Shown: piece after piece, positions 55,675-64,000 of the stretch
Layout of the letters: the number at the start of each line of letters is the position of its first letter
How positions within the stretch are numbered: the first letter of the stretch is position 1
Source: a bacterium
GTDB lineage: Bacteria > JAUVQV01 > DATDCY01
Assembly (NCBI GenBank): GCA_036524115.1
Contig: DATDCY010000012.1
Span: 22,396-86,395 of the forward strand
Reading direction: 5' to 3'
DNA: 64,000 nt
The notes under the pieces: model-generated
The model's input: only the letters and a program-made list of their open reading frames with translations
What the model was told of the DNA's origin: nothing
The model's database searches: none
Position numbers and translations under genes: made by a program

Positions 55675-57321
55675 ATGCCGAGATTGACGCTGAGTGCCTT
55701 GATGGCTGGCTTGGTGCTTCTGACGGTGAGCCCCGGACTATCCAGAGCTGCAAATATGTACGTTGACCCGACAATCGCTCAGAACATTACCACTGGCACG
55801 TATTCTGTCATCAATAGGAATTCGACCGGATCGAACGGGAACGCTTATAGGACGATCAAGGAAGCTATTGCCGCGATGAACGGAGGAGACGACATATATA
55901 TAAGGGGCGGGACATACAGGGAAGGCTATATTGAAATTCCTACTTCAAAGAACGGCACCGCGGGAGACTGGTCGTCCATTCAGTCATACCCCGGTGAATG
56001 GGCCATCCTTGACGGTGAAAGAGCTGCGCAGTATGGAGTCGTACTTGGAAACTACGGATACGGCGATTCGGCGCAACTGAAGTATTGGCGACTAGAAAGG
56101 CTGGAGTTGACCGGCGGGGGCACAAGATCTGGGAACGCCACGAGCACCTGTGCGGGGTTCTGGGGTAATGGAGGTCCTTTCCATATTCGGCAGTGCTATA
56201 TTCACGATAATCTTTCGTACACGTATATCAACAACCCGTCCGGTTTAACAGGCGCCGAATGGAAGGACTCGGTCGTTGAGTATTGTTTCTTTAGGAACAA
56301 TGGCTCTGATGGGCTACTGTCCGGTAATTGCGCGCATATCGCCATATATAGCGACTATTTGCACGACACGAATGCACAATATGGGTACGATGGCGTAAGA
56401 GGGACAAGGAATAACGCATTTCGGTACAACTACTTTGAAGACGGATATGTGGGCATAAAGCACAAGAGCGGGCAACTGCTCAGCGGCAGGAATGCGGGAG
56501 CCGGACATGGTTGGAATGATAATTATGTAGGTCAAGGTGACAAGATTCATCACAACATCTTTCGAAATCTAGGCAAGACTGCGATGTACATTTCGCAAGA
56601 TTTTGCACAGATATATAACAATATAGTTGACACGAGAGGGCTCCCCATCACCGTCCAATATGAACCGAGCCGATATGTGCTCTACAAGGTAGGCACCTAT
56701 AATAATACGATTCTTAATCCGGCTGGTGCAGCAATCACCCGCTATGGCAAGCAGTACTGGGCATTTGAAGAAGCTCAATACTATGGGTTCGACTTCAACA
56801 ATTTGATCGTCGGCGGGAATTCTAGCGCACCTTACGGGCAAGAAAGAATCATTAATGTCGTGCCGGATAGCAGTGGCGTGGTGCAATTTGGCTTCTCCAA
56901 CTATTCCGACAGCCATAACTACTTCTATCGGCCGATTTCGGCATATCTCTTCCGTTACTTTCGGACCGATTTTGATGCCGTCGGTGCTGGGGCGCAGACG
57001 CTTACACGTGCGCCGCGAGTAGTCTATACGAACACGGGCGGAGGCGGGCTCAATATTGCATACGAGAACGGATACTTTACCGACGGGGATCATGTATTGG
57101 GGACAGGGGTCACACTTAAGACCGGAGGGATTGGGGGCGTGCATCCGTATCTGCCGGATGTCAGGCTGCCCGGCTACGTTGGCGCGATTGATCCATCGGA
57201 CAGTCGATGGGTGAGACAGGTGCTTGATCTCAGCCAAGTCCAAAACTTGATGAATCCTGGTTACCTAGGAATCGGGGCGCCTTCGAACTTAAGGATTCAA
57301 GTCGGGAATCCTATTCCATGA
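55675..57321 (+). CDS. Secreted right-handed parallel beta-helix (pectate-lyase-fold) protein; candidate polysaccharide lyase/hydrolase or C5-epimerase
   Basis: Signal MPRLTLSALMAGLVLLTVSPGLSRA. NGGDDIYIRGGTYRE and repeated N-/G-rich beta-helix rungs (NNxxxxN.G...). Confidence 0.6.
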   Translation: MPRLTLSALMAGLVLLTVSPGLSRAANMYVDPTIAQNITTGTYSVINRNSTGSNGNAYRTIKEAIAAMNGGDDIYIRGGTYREGYIEIPTSKNGTAGDWSSIQSYPGEWAILDGERAAQYGVVLGNYGYGDSAQLKYWRLERLELTGGGTRSGNATSTCAGFWGNGGPFHIRQCYIHDNLSYTYINNPSGLTGAEWKDSVVEYCFFRNNGSDGLLSGNCAHIAIYSDYLHDTNAQYGYDGVRGTRNNAFRYNYFEDGYVGIKHKSGQLLSGRNAGAGHGWNDNYVGQGDKIHHNIFRNLGKTAMYISQDFAQIYNNIVDTRGLPITVQYEPSRYVLYKVGTYNNTILNPAGAAITRYGKQYWAFEEAQYYGFDFNNLIVGGNSSAPYGQERIINVVPDSSGVVQFGFSNYSDSHNYFYRPISAYLFRYFRTDFDAVGAGAQTLTRAPRVVYTNTGGGGLNIAYENGYFTDGDHVLGTGVTLKTGGIGGVHPYLPDVRLPGYVGAIDPSDSRWVRQVLDLSQVQNLMNPGYLGIGAPSNLRIQVGNPIP

Positions 57322-57460
57322 TTGGGGTTATCCCTAAGTAGCTTGTCGTTCGAACCTACCTCAAAGTCTGATTTCACGCCTAGGTCAGTTTTCAGCTCAT
57401 TAGGTGTGAGCTTCCACACCTTCCACGAGCGTTTGCCGACAGTAAAGGAAGGATGGCAAA

Positions 57461-58129
57461 GTGAGACTGCTGAAGAAAGTTGCATCGTGTCTTCCCCCAG
57501 CTTTACAGGCCGAGCTCAAGCGCATTCATTATGGGCGCCAAATCCGCAGGGCGAGCTTTCGCACATCCGAACCCGAATTTGAGATTCTCCCAAGACTTGT
57601 GAGGCCGGGAGATTGGGTCATCGATATTGGCGCTAACGTAGGGCACTATACCATGAGATTGTCCGAGTTGGTGGGCAGCCACGGTAGAGTTATTGCTTTG
57701 GAGCCGGTGCCGGCAACCTTCGCTCTACTTGCCGCGAACGTCCAACTCTTCCCATTCGCAAATGTTACGCTCATGAACGTTGCCGCATCGAACAGTCTCG
57801 GTGTGATTGGGATGAGCATTCCACGCCACTCGAGCGGATTGACGAACTACTACCAAGCGTACCTGTCATCCGAGGGGAAGACCGCTGTTTCTGTGCTCAT
57901 GATGCCGCTTGATTCCCTTCGTATTGCGAAGCGGGTCGGGCTTGTCAAGATTGACGCCGAAGGTCATGAGCTGTTCGTCCTCCGAGGGATGGATGATCTG
58001 CTGCGTGAGCATCACCCTACACTCATAGTCGAGACCGATTCCCGGGAGGTGGTCGACACTCTGGTGTCACTTGGCTATCGAGCGGAGAGGCTCGCGGATT
58101 CGCCTAATCTTCTATTTGTGGCCAACTGA
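57461..58129 (+). CDS. FkbM-family SAM-dependent methyltransferase
   Basis: VIDIGANVGHYT...VIALEPVPATFALLAANV...KIDAEGHELFVLRG. AGGAAGGA lies 9 nt upstream of GTG 57461. Confidence 0.75.
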   Translation: MRLLKKVASCLPPALQAELKRIHYGRQIRRASFRTSEPEFEILPRLVRPGDWVIDIGANVGHYTMRLSELVGSHGRVIALEPVPATFALLAANVQLFPFANVTLMNVAASNSLGVIGMSIPRHSSGLTNYYQAYLSSEGKTAVSVLMMPLDSLRIAKRVGLVKIDAEGHELFVLRGMDDLLREHHPTLIVETDSREVVDTLVSLGYRAERLADSPNLLFVAN

Positions 58130-58221
58130 CGCCGCCTGGCGCTCGACTGTGTCTGAATGGCGGGAGTGCCCCGCTGTCCGAAGAGTTGGTCTTGATTTCG
58201 TTGACAACCAGTAGGACCTTC

Positions 58222-59262
58222 ATGGGGGGGACGAATTCCAGGCTGCGCTCTGGCGTCTCAGATTCAGCCAACCTAGACATCTTGCGAAGCTTTGCGGTGA
58301 TGTCGGTGCTCTCGGATCACGTCTTGGAAGCAGCGGGCATAAAGACAGGCATGTGTTTCCATCCGCTCGACTGGTACCTGGGTCGCATGGGCGTCCTTAT
58401 GTTCTTCGTACATACCAGCCTGGTTCTCATGCATTCACTCGAGCGCCTTTCGGTAAGCAAACGGCGACTACTCGCGAGATTCTACGTAAGGAGAGTATTC
58501 CGGATCTATCCCCTCAGTATGGTGACCGTCCTTGGGGTTGTCGCGTTATCCCTGCCGCCGATGCCATGGGCCACGTTCCAGTGGCATGGATATGGCAATC
58601 TTGCATCGAATCTCATGCTAACTATGAACTTCACTCGAAGCACCCCGGTGCTCAATCCCCTTTGGAGCCTTCCGCTTGAGGTGCAGATGTACGTGGTTCT
58701 GCCTCTTGTGTTTCTCTGTCTTCGTGGCACTCGACCCGTACTCGCCGCATGTACTCTGTGGCTACTCGCCGTTGGTGTCGCAACGGTTCAGAGCGGGATC
58801 AGCGATCGCCTGAGCGTTGCGCAATTTGCCCCTTGCTTCATGGCTGGCGTAATTGCGTATACCGTGGGGCGAACGAATAATCTTCGACTAGTTGGCAGGC
58901 TTTGGCCTCTTGCCATCGTTGCACTGATCGGATTCTATCTGTTCTTCGAGGAGGTGGACTCCCAGATACATTCTCCGATGCTGGGATGGTTCTTCTGCTT
59001 GGCGCTCGGAAGTGCCATCCCTTTCTTCAAGGATCTACCTGGCGGACTCTTCGCTAAGGTTGGGCGCATCGTCGCAAGATATTCATATGGTATCTACCTT
59101 CTTCATATAGTCGCTTTGTGGGGGGGGCTGTTCGCCCTTCAGCATTCACCGTTGCTGCTCCAGGTTATCGTGAGTACTGTCCTGCTCGTAGCGTTGCCGG
59201 TGGCTAGCTATCATCTCGTGGAAGCGCCTCTCATTCGAGTTGGACGGAAGCTTTCGGATTGA
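58222..59262 (+). CDS. Acyltransferase family 3 (membrane O-acyltransferase)
   Basis: LDILRSFAVMSVLSDHVLE... polytopic. ATG 58222 is preferred over the track's TTG 58186. Confidence 0.65.
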   Translation: MGGTNSRLRSGVSDSANLDILRSFAVMSVLSDHVLEAAGIKTGMCFHPLDWYLGRMGVLMFFVHTSLVLMHSLERLSVSKRRLLARFYVRRVFRIYPLSMVTVLGVVALSLPPMPWATFQWHGYGNLASNLMLTMNFTRSTPVLNPLWSLPLEVQMYVVLPLVFLCLRGTRPVLAACTLWLLAVGVATVQSGISDRLSVAQFAPCFMAGVIAYTVGRTNNLRLVGRLWPLAIVALIGFYLFFEEVDSQIHSPMLGWFFCLALGSAIPFFKDLPGGLFAKVGRIVARYSYGIYLLHIVALWGGLFALQHSPLLLQVIVSTVLLVALPVASYHLVEAPLIRVGRKLSD

Positions 59263-59297
59263 CGGCATGAAGCAGTCACTTGGGTAGACGCCGTGGG

Positions 59298-60473
59298 ATG
59301 ACGGGACGACATTTGTCCCCAACGGCACCTCCACTCGGGATGGCGGATCTCTGGGGCGGGGTCTGCGGCCTGCTCAGGGGAAAAGAGACGGCACGTGTGG
59401 TCGAGGCGGAATTTGGGGCGGCTCTAGATTCGACGCACGCGTTCTTGACTTCGTCGGGCAAGGCGGCCCTGATCACTGCCCTGCGAGCGCTGTCACGAAT
59501 CGCGCCGGAACGCCGCCAGGTCGTCGTCCCCGCCTACACATGTTTCTCCCTCCCCGCGGCAGTCGCCAGAGCGGGGATGATCGCCGTGCCGGTCGACGTC
59601 GATCCCTCAACGCTGGACCTGGACCAAGAGGCTCTCAGGCGCGCAGTCAGCCCTGCGACGCTCTGCGTCATCCAAGTCCATCTCTTCGGGAGACCGGCGG
59701 ACACTGCGGCGATAGGGGAGGTGTGCAGGGAACAGGAAGTCTTCCACATCGAGGACGCTGCGCAGGCGCTCGGCACTACGCATGATGGGAAGATGCTCGG
59801 GACGAGGGGCGACATCGGGATCTTCAGTTTCGGGCGAGGGAAGACGGTCACGTGCGGTGCCGGGGGGGCGGTGGTTACGCAGTCGGGGCGCGTCGGCGCG
59901 CTCCTTCGCGACGAGGTTGTACATCTCAGAGCCCCGGCATGGCACCACGAGACCGCAGCGCTTGTCTCCGTCGGCCTGATGGCGCTCTTCATCCGGCCGG
60001 CGCTCTACTGGTTTCCAGCAAGCCTGCCGTTCCTCGGGCTGGGTGAGACGGTATACGACACCGAGTTTCCAATCGCCAGGCTCTCGGGAATGCGTGCCGG
60101 TCTTCTGGGGCGCTGGCGGCGGAACCTCGAGCGGGGGAACGCTGCGCGGCAGGAGAACGTGGCGTGGTACTCCCAGCGGGTTCGCTGCGCCGTAGCCAGC
60201 GGCGACGACGCACCGCTGCTGCGATTTCCCGTGCTCCTCGCGACCGCGGGGCAGAAGGATCGTGCCCTGGATGCGTCTCGGAGGATGGGGCTGGGAATCA
60301 GCGGGATGTACCCCGCGGCGATTGACGAATTGTCGCAGGTGCGGGCCGCGCTGGGCCGGCGTGTCGAATGCGCGCAGGCGCGGGATATTGCACGTCGACT
60401 CGTGACGCTGCCGACGCATCAGCATGTCCGGCCGAAGGACCGCGAGCGCATCGTGGGGGCGCTGTGCTCCTGA
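59298..60473 (+). CDS. DegT/DnrJ/EryC1/StrS-family PLP-dependent sugar aminotransferase
   Basis: AFLTSSGKAALITALRAL...DAAQALG...GDIGIFSFGRGKTVTCGAGGAVV are the DegT motifs, including the PLP-Lys region FSFxxxK. GC content returns to high here. Start is ATG 59298 or 59340. Confidence 0.75.
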   Translation: MTGRHLSPTAPPLGMADLWGGVCGLLRGKETARVVEAEFGAALDSTHAFLTSSGKAALITALRALSRIAPERRQVVVPAYTCFSLPAAVARAGMIAVPVDVDPSTLDLDQEALRRAVSPATLCVIQVHLFGRPADTAAIGEVCREQEVFHIEDAAQALGTTHDGKMLGTRGDIGIFSFGRGKTVTCGAGGAVVTQSGRVGALLRDEVVHLRAPAWHHETAALVSVGLMALFIRPALYWFPASLPFLGLGETVYDTEFPIARLSGMRAGLLGRWRRNLERGNAARQENVAWYSQRVRCAVASGDDAPLLRFPVLLATAGQKDRALDASRRMGLGISGMYPAAIDELSQVRAALGRRVECAQARDIARRLVTLPTHQHVRPKDRERIVGALCS

Positions 60474-61612
60474 CGATCGCGTTCTGGTCTGCTGCAGCCT
60501 TTGTCCTGTACGCCTACGCGGGGTATCCGTTGGCGTTGTGGCTCATCGGGTTGTGCCGGACGCGGTCCGAGCGGCGAGAGTTCCAGTCCGAGGCGTTCTG
60601 CCCGACGGTGACGTTCGTCATCGCGGCACACAACGAGGAGCGGCGTCTCCCGGAGAAGCTGCAAAACACGCTGACTTTGGAGTACCCGCGCTCACGCTTG
60701 CAGGTGATCGTGGCCTCGGACTGCTCCACGGACGCCACCGACGAGATCGCGAGATCCTACTCCTCGGACGGCGTCACGCTTGTCCGGGCGACAGAGCGCA
60801 AGGGGAAGGAAAATGCGCAACGGCTGGCGGTCGAGGCGGCAACAGGTGAGGTGATCGTGTTCTCCGATGTGGCTACGATACTGCAGCCGGACGGTGTCCA
60901 GCGGATTGTTCGGGGGTTCGCTGACCCAACGGTCGGCTGTGTCAGCAGCGTGGACCGGTTCATCGAGGCCGACGGCAAAGTCAGCGGCGAGGGTGCCTAT
61001 GTGCGGTACGAGATGCTCCTGCGCCGGCTCGAAACCCGCGCCAATACCCTTGTCGGCCTGAGCGGATCGTTCTTTGCGGCTCGGCGGGCTGTTTGCACGC
61101 CGTGGGCCACGGACCTGCCGAGTGACTTCAATACGGTGCTCAATTCCGTTCGCCATGGTCTGAGAGGAATTTCCGACCCGGAGAGCGTGGGGTACTACCG
61201 AAACATCGCGGATGAGAAGAAGGAGTACAGTCGAAAGGTGAGGACCGTTCTGAGGGGCATCTCGACGCTCATGAGAAGCCTCTCTCTCCTCAACCCGTGG
61301 ACGTATGGGCTTTTCTCGTGGCAGCTCTTCAGCCACAAGCTGTGCCGATGGCTGGTGCCGTTCGCGTTGCTGCTGGCACTCGTGTCAAACTCAGTTCTCG
61401 CGGCAAAGAATCCTCTGTATCTTGCGACATTGAGCGTTCAGGCGGTGTTCTACGCGGCGGGAGTGGTCGGAATTGCCGCGCCAATGGTGGCACGCGCAGC
61501 CCTCGTCAAGATTCCGGCCTTCTTTCTCATCGTCAACATGTCGATCGTGTCCGCCTGGTGGCGATACGCGAAAGGCGAACGTCGTACTCTCTGGACTCCG
61601 TCCCAGCGTTGA
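60464..61612 (+). CDS. Glycosyltransferase family 2 (membrane-anchored, polymerising-type?)
   Basis: N-terminal TM LLTIAFWSAAAFVLYAYAGYPLALWLIGL, then TVTFVIAAHNEE...ASDCSTD...VFSDVATIL (D, DxD), a QxxRW-less C-terminal region and C-terminal TM helices. GTG 60464 overlaps DegT by 10 nt. The track start 60368 is read-through. Confidence 0.65.
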   Translation: MLLTIAFWSAAAFVLYAYAGYPLALWLIGLCRTRSERREFQSEAFCPTVTFVIAAHNEERRLPEKLQNTLTLEYPRSRLQVIVASDCSTDATDEIARSYSSDGVTLVRATERKGKENAQRLAVEAATGEVIVFSDVATILQPDGVQRIVRGFADPTVGCVSSVDRFIEADGKVSGEGAYVRYEMLLRRLETRANTLVGLSGSFFAARRAVCTPWATDLPSDFNTVLNSVRHGLRGISDPESVGYYRNIADEKKEYSRKVRTVLRGISTLMRSLSLLNPWTYGLFSWQLFSHKLCRWLVPFALLLALVSNSVLAAKNPLYLATLSVQAVFYAAGVVGIAAPMVARAALVKIPAFFLIVNMSIVSAWWRYAKGERRTLWTPSQR

Positions 61613-61632
61613 GATCGGCGCAAGGTAGGCGT

Positions 61633-62679
61633 GTGAAGCTGCTTCTGCGTAGAGGAGTGGCGGGGCTTCTCCACGCGTCCGGGGCGCCGCTCAAGAGACT
61701 GCGCGGGAAGGTGTGCATTCTGGCCTACCATCGTGTGCTGAAGGACGGCCAGCTTCGGCCGCGTGCACTGCAGCCGGGCATGTACGTTCTGGAGGAAAGC
61801 TTTGACCGGCAGATGCGGTTCCTCTCCAAACACTGTGACGTGATCTCGTTTCCAGACCTGCTTGGACTCTGGGGGGAGCGCAGGTGGGATGGCAATGGAC
61901 GGTACTGCGTGATCACGTTCGACGACGGTTGGGTCGACAACTATCTCAACGCCTTGCCGATACTTGCAGACCATCGGTTGCCGGCAACCGTCTTCCTGAC
62001 CACCTCGCTGATCGGCACCAACCGCTGGTTCTGGCCGCAAAGACTCGGGCGGCTGCGCGAGCATTGTCTGGCCCAGGGTGTGAAGACTCAGTCGGGCGGT
62101 GGCCGAGAATCGATCGAGGACAGGGTCCTGTCGGAGATGAGCATCCTGCTCAACTACCAAGGCGCCGGCGACGCGGAGATGCTGGATCGTGCAGTGGAGA
62201 GCCTGAAGGATTGTCCCGAGCGCGTAATCGAGCAGGTACTCGGAGAGCTTGAGGAAAGAGCCGGAATGGCGGGAACTGACGAAAGGGCACTGCTGAATTG
62301 GGATGAAGTCCGCGAAATGTCCGAGAAGGGAATGAGCTTCGGCTCCCACGGCAGTTCGCACCGAATATTCACGCGACTCACCGTGCAGGAGATGGAGAAT
62401 GAACTGGTCGAGTCATGGGAAAGCCTCCAGAGCCCTGGAGTCGCAGCGGTGCCCGTCCTCGCGTATCCCAATGGCGACTGGAATCAGAAAGTTGAGGACA
62501 TGGCAGCCGAAGCCGGATATCGGGCGGCCGTCACTACGAGATTCGGACTTGAAGGATCAGCACCGAAGGACCTCTTCGCCCTGCGAAGGGTGTGTATTCA
62601 CGACGACATAACTTCCACCGTCCCGACGTTCGCGATGCGGATCTCCGGTTTGCTCTGCAAGCAGACCGCCGAGCCATAG
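61633..62679 (+). CDS. Polysaccharide deacetylase (CE4), second copy
   Basis: LLRRGVAGLLHASGAPLKRLRGKVCILAYHRV...CVITFDDGWVDNY...ATVFLTT...GSHGSSH are NodB motifs. GTG 61633 lies 21 nt after the GT2 stop. The track ORF 61297.. is read-through. Confidence 0.7.
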   Translation: MKLLLRRGVAGLLHASGAPLKRLRGKVCILAYHRVLKDGQLRPRALQPGMYVLEESFDRQMRFLSKHCDVISFPDLLGLWGERRWDGNGRYCVITFDDGWVDNYLNALPILADHRLPATVFLTTSLIGTNRWFWPQRLGRLREHCLAQGVKTQSGGGRESIEDRVLSEMSILLNYQGAGDAEMLDRAVESLKDCPERVIEQVLGELEERAGMAGTDERALLNWDEVREMSEKGMSFGSHGSSHRIFTRLTVQEMENELVESWESLQSPGVAAVPVLAYPNGDWNQKVEDMAAEAGYRAAVTTRFGLEGSAPKDLFALRRVCIHDDITSTVPTFAMRISGLLCKQTAEP

Positions 62680-62682
62680 ACA

Positions 62683-63807
62683 GTGCCGCTCTCGGTCCTT
62701 CAAGTATTTTCTGGTGATCTATGGGCCGGCGCCGAGGTGATGGTGTTCCACCTCATCGACCGCCTGGCGGCAGACCCCAATGCGCGCGTCACGGCCCTCG
62801 CCCAAAACGAAGGCGTTCTCGCGGCGAAGCTCAGAGAACGTGGCATTCAGGTGGTCGTTGTTCCGGAAGCCTCCACGTCTTTCGTGGGGGCTGTGCGGAA
62901 GGCCTTTTCGGCAATCCGTTCCCAACATTTCGATGTGGTGCACACGCATCGCTACAAAGAGAACCTCCTGGGCTTCTGTCTGAGCAAGTTGCTTCACGTC
63001 AAAGTCCTCGTCGCCACCATGCACGGGATGCCCGAGTCCCCGATTGCGCAGCGCGGACGCCCCCGGGGTCTCGGGGTGACCGCGAAAGGAAACCATCTGC
63101 TCCTGCGCCATGCCTTCAGCAAGGTCGTCGTGGTCTCCGACGATATGCGCAAGGTTCTTGTCGATCGCCACGGTTTCGCCTCGACGGATCTCGAGGTGAT
63201 CCACAATGGCATCACCGTTCCCGCTGCAGTCGAGTCGGCTGAGAAGCGCGAGGCCGGACCGCTCCGGATCGGTACTGTCGGACGGTTTGTCCCGGTCAAG
63301 GACTACGCGCTGTTTCTCGAAGTTGCGGCGGCGATCGCGCGCGAGGCGCCCGATGTCCGCTTTTCGCTGCTCGGCGATGGACCGCTCAAGGAGGATCTGC
63401 GGCGCAAAGCCGAGAATCTCGGCATCGGCGAACTCGTCGAGTTCCGGGAGCCGGTCCCTGATCCAATGTCGTATTACGGATCGCTGGACCTCTATCTGAG
63501 CACGTCGGTTCACGAGGGCATACCGCTCAGCATCCTGGAGGCGATGGCGTGCGGAAGGCCCGTGGTGGCGCCGAGAGTCGGCGGTATCCCCGAAATTGTA
63601 TCGAGCGATGCGGAGGGCTGCCTCGTGGACTCGCGGCGACCGGAAGACTTCGCCCGCGTGTGTCTGCAGCTCCTGGGCGACCGGCGACGAAGTATCGCAA
63701 TGGGCCGCGCGGCGCGCGAGCGCGTACAATCTGCGTTCAGCGACAGGGCGATGGCCGATGCGTATCGGGATCTGTATCGCGGTCTGTTGACGGGGGAGGT
63801 GCGATGA
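62683..63807 (+). CDS. Glycosyltransferase family 4
   Basis: MPLSVLQVFSGDLWAGAEVMVFHL... and the C-terminus VAPRVGGIPEIV...GCLVD. Confidence 0.8.
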   Translation: MPLSVLQVFSGDLWAGAEVMVFHLIDRLAADPNARVTALAQNEGVLAAKLRERGIQVVVVPEASTSFVGAVRKAFSAIRSQHFDVVHTHRYKENLLGFCLSKLLHVKVLVATMHGMPESPIAQRGRPRGLGVTAKGNHLLLRHAFSKVVVVSDDMRKVLVDRHGFASTDLEVIHNGITVPAAVESAEKREAGPLRIGTVGRFVPVKDYALFLEVAAAIAREAPDVRFSLLGDGPLKEDLRRKAENLGIGELVEFREPVPDPMSYYGSLDLYLSTSVHEGIPLSILEAMACGRPVVAPRVGGIPEIVSSDAEGCLVDSRRPEDFARVCLQLLGDRRRSIAMGRAARERVQSAFSDRAMADAYRDLYRGLLTGEVR

Positions 63808-64000
63808 AGCGGCTCGGAGCGCTGGCAGCGGTCGCCGTGATCGCCGCCTGCGGTGTACAAGGGGCCAGGGAGGTCAAGAGCGTGGCGTTGCCCTCGATGA
63901 AGGACGTATCTCCTGCGGCATGGGAGCGGCTGGCCGAGAGCAGGATCTACTTCGGGCATCAGTCCGTCGGTGACAATATCTTGAAGGGTGTCGCCGCCAT
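63804..64000 (+). CDS. Hypothetical lipoprotein, 5' part only (continues beyond the window)
   Basis: ATG 63804 overlaps the GT4 stop as ATGA, with GGGGGAGG upstream. MKRLGALAAVAVIAACG is a signal plus lipobox. Confidence 0.4.
   Translation, partial: MKRLGALAAVAVIAACGVQGAREVKSVALPSMKDVSPAAWERLAESRIYFGHQSVGDNILKGVAA

Noticed and set aside
57340-57356. tRNA-like T-loop sequence cGTTCGAACc in the intergenic region
   Set aside because: Flanking bases cannot form a T-stem, acceptor stem or anticodon arm. No cloverleaf can be drawn.

Overview
High-GC (about 65-70%) bacterial chromosomal window, probably a deltaproteobacterium/Myxococcota-like Gram-negative, containing a PEP-CTERM / exosortase A (XrtA) surface-polysaccharide locus. 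Three regions follow.

Region 1 (1-12.4 kb) is housekeeping. It holds a SEC-C-motif C-terminus (probably the SecA tail, partial), a nitroreductase, a YkgJ-family CxxCxxCC protein, an AlaA-like aminotransferase, a 4'-phosphopantetheinyl transferase, glutamate racemase (murI), a PlsC-like acyltransferase and an EamA transporter. On the minus strand it continues with a 1138-aa M1+M28+PDZ peptidase, a TolB-like beta-propeller lipoprotein and a ChaN-PDZ lipoprotein.

Region 2 (12.4-21.3 kb, minus strand) is a run of secreted-protein genes. It starts with a stand-alone MshEN (T2SS-E N-terminal, c-di-GMP-receptor-type) protein. Four signal-peptide proteins follow, each beginning with a fibronectin-III domain. 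Three of them end in the same roughly 175-aa C-terminal domain, which I do not recognise as a named sorting signal; it resembles a LamG-like lectin fold.

Region 3 (21.5-64 kb, plus strand) is the PEP-CTERM/XrtA system. It opens with a PrsT-like TPR lipoprotein and a PrsR-like sigma-54 activator. A near-consensus sigma-54 -24/-12 promoter drives a single 163-aa PEP-CTERM protein gene, which is followed by a strong intrinsic terminator. After a lipoprotein and a metallophosphoesterase comes the XrtA biosynthetic block. It contains a polysaccharide deacetylase, an AsnB-type amidotransferase with an N-terminal Cys, a HemK-like NPPY methyltransferase, two ACP plus acyl-CoA-ligase pairs, a WbuX-like PP-loop amidotransferase, two FemAB/GNAT-like enzymes of the PEP-CTERM-linked N-acyl amino acid synthase type, two alpha/beta hydrolases, a PLP decarboxylase, a GT2 and exosortase A with a fused EpsI domain. 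Next is a roughly 15-kb block of visibly lower GC (about 45-55%). It holds GT4s, a hexapeptide acetyltransferase, a Wzx flippase, an O-antigen-ligase/Wzy-like protein, three acyltransferase-3 proteins, a CapK/F390-synthetase-like adenylating enzyme, a secreted beta-helix protein and an FkbM methyltransferase. GC then returns to high for DegT, a GT2, a deacetylase, a GT4 and a partial lipoprotein gene.

Many long reverse-strand and alternative-frame ORFs in the track are high-GC artefacts and were rejected. No rRNA, tRNA or CRISPR was found.
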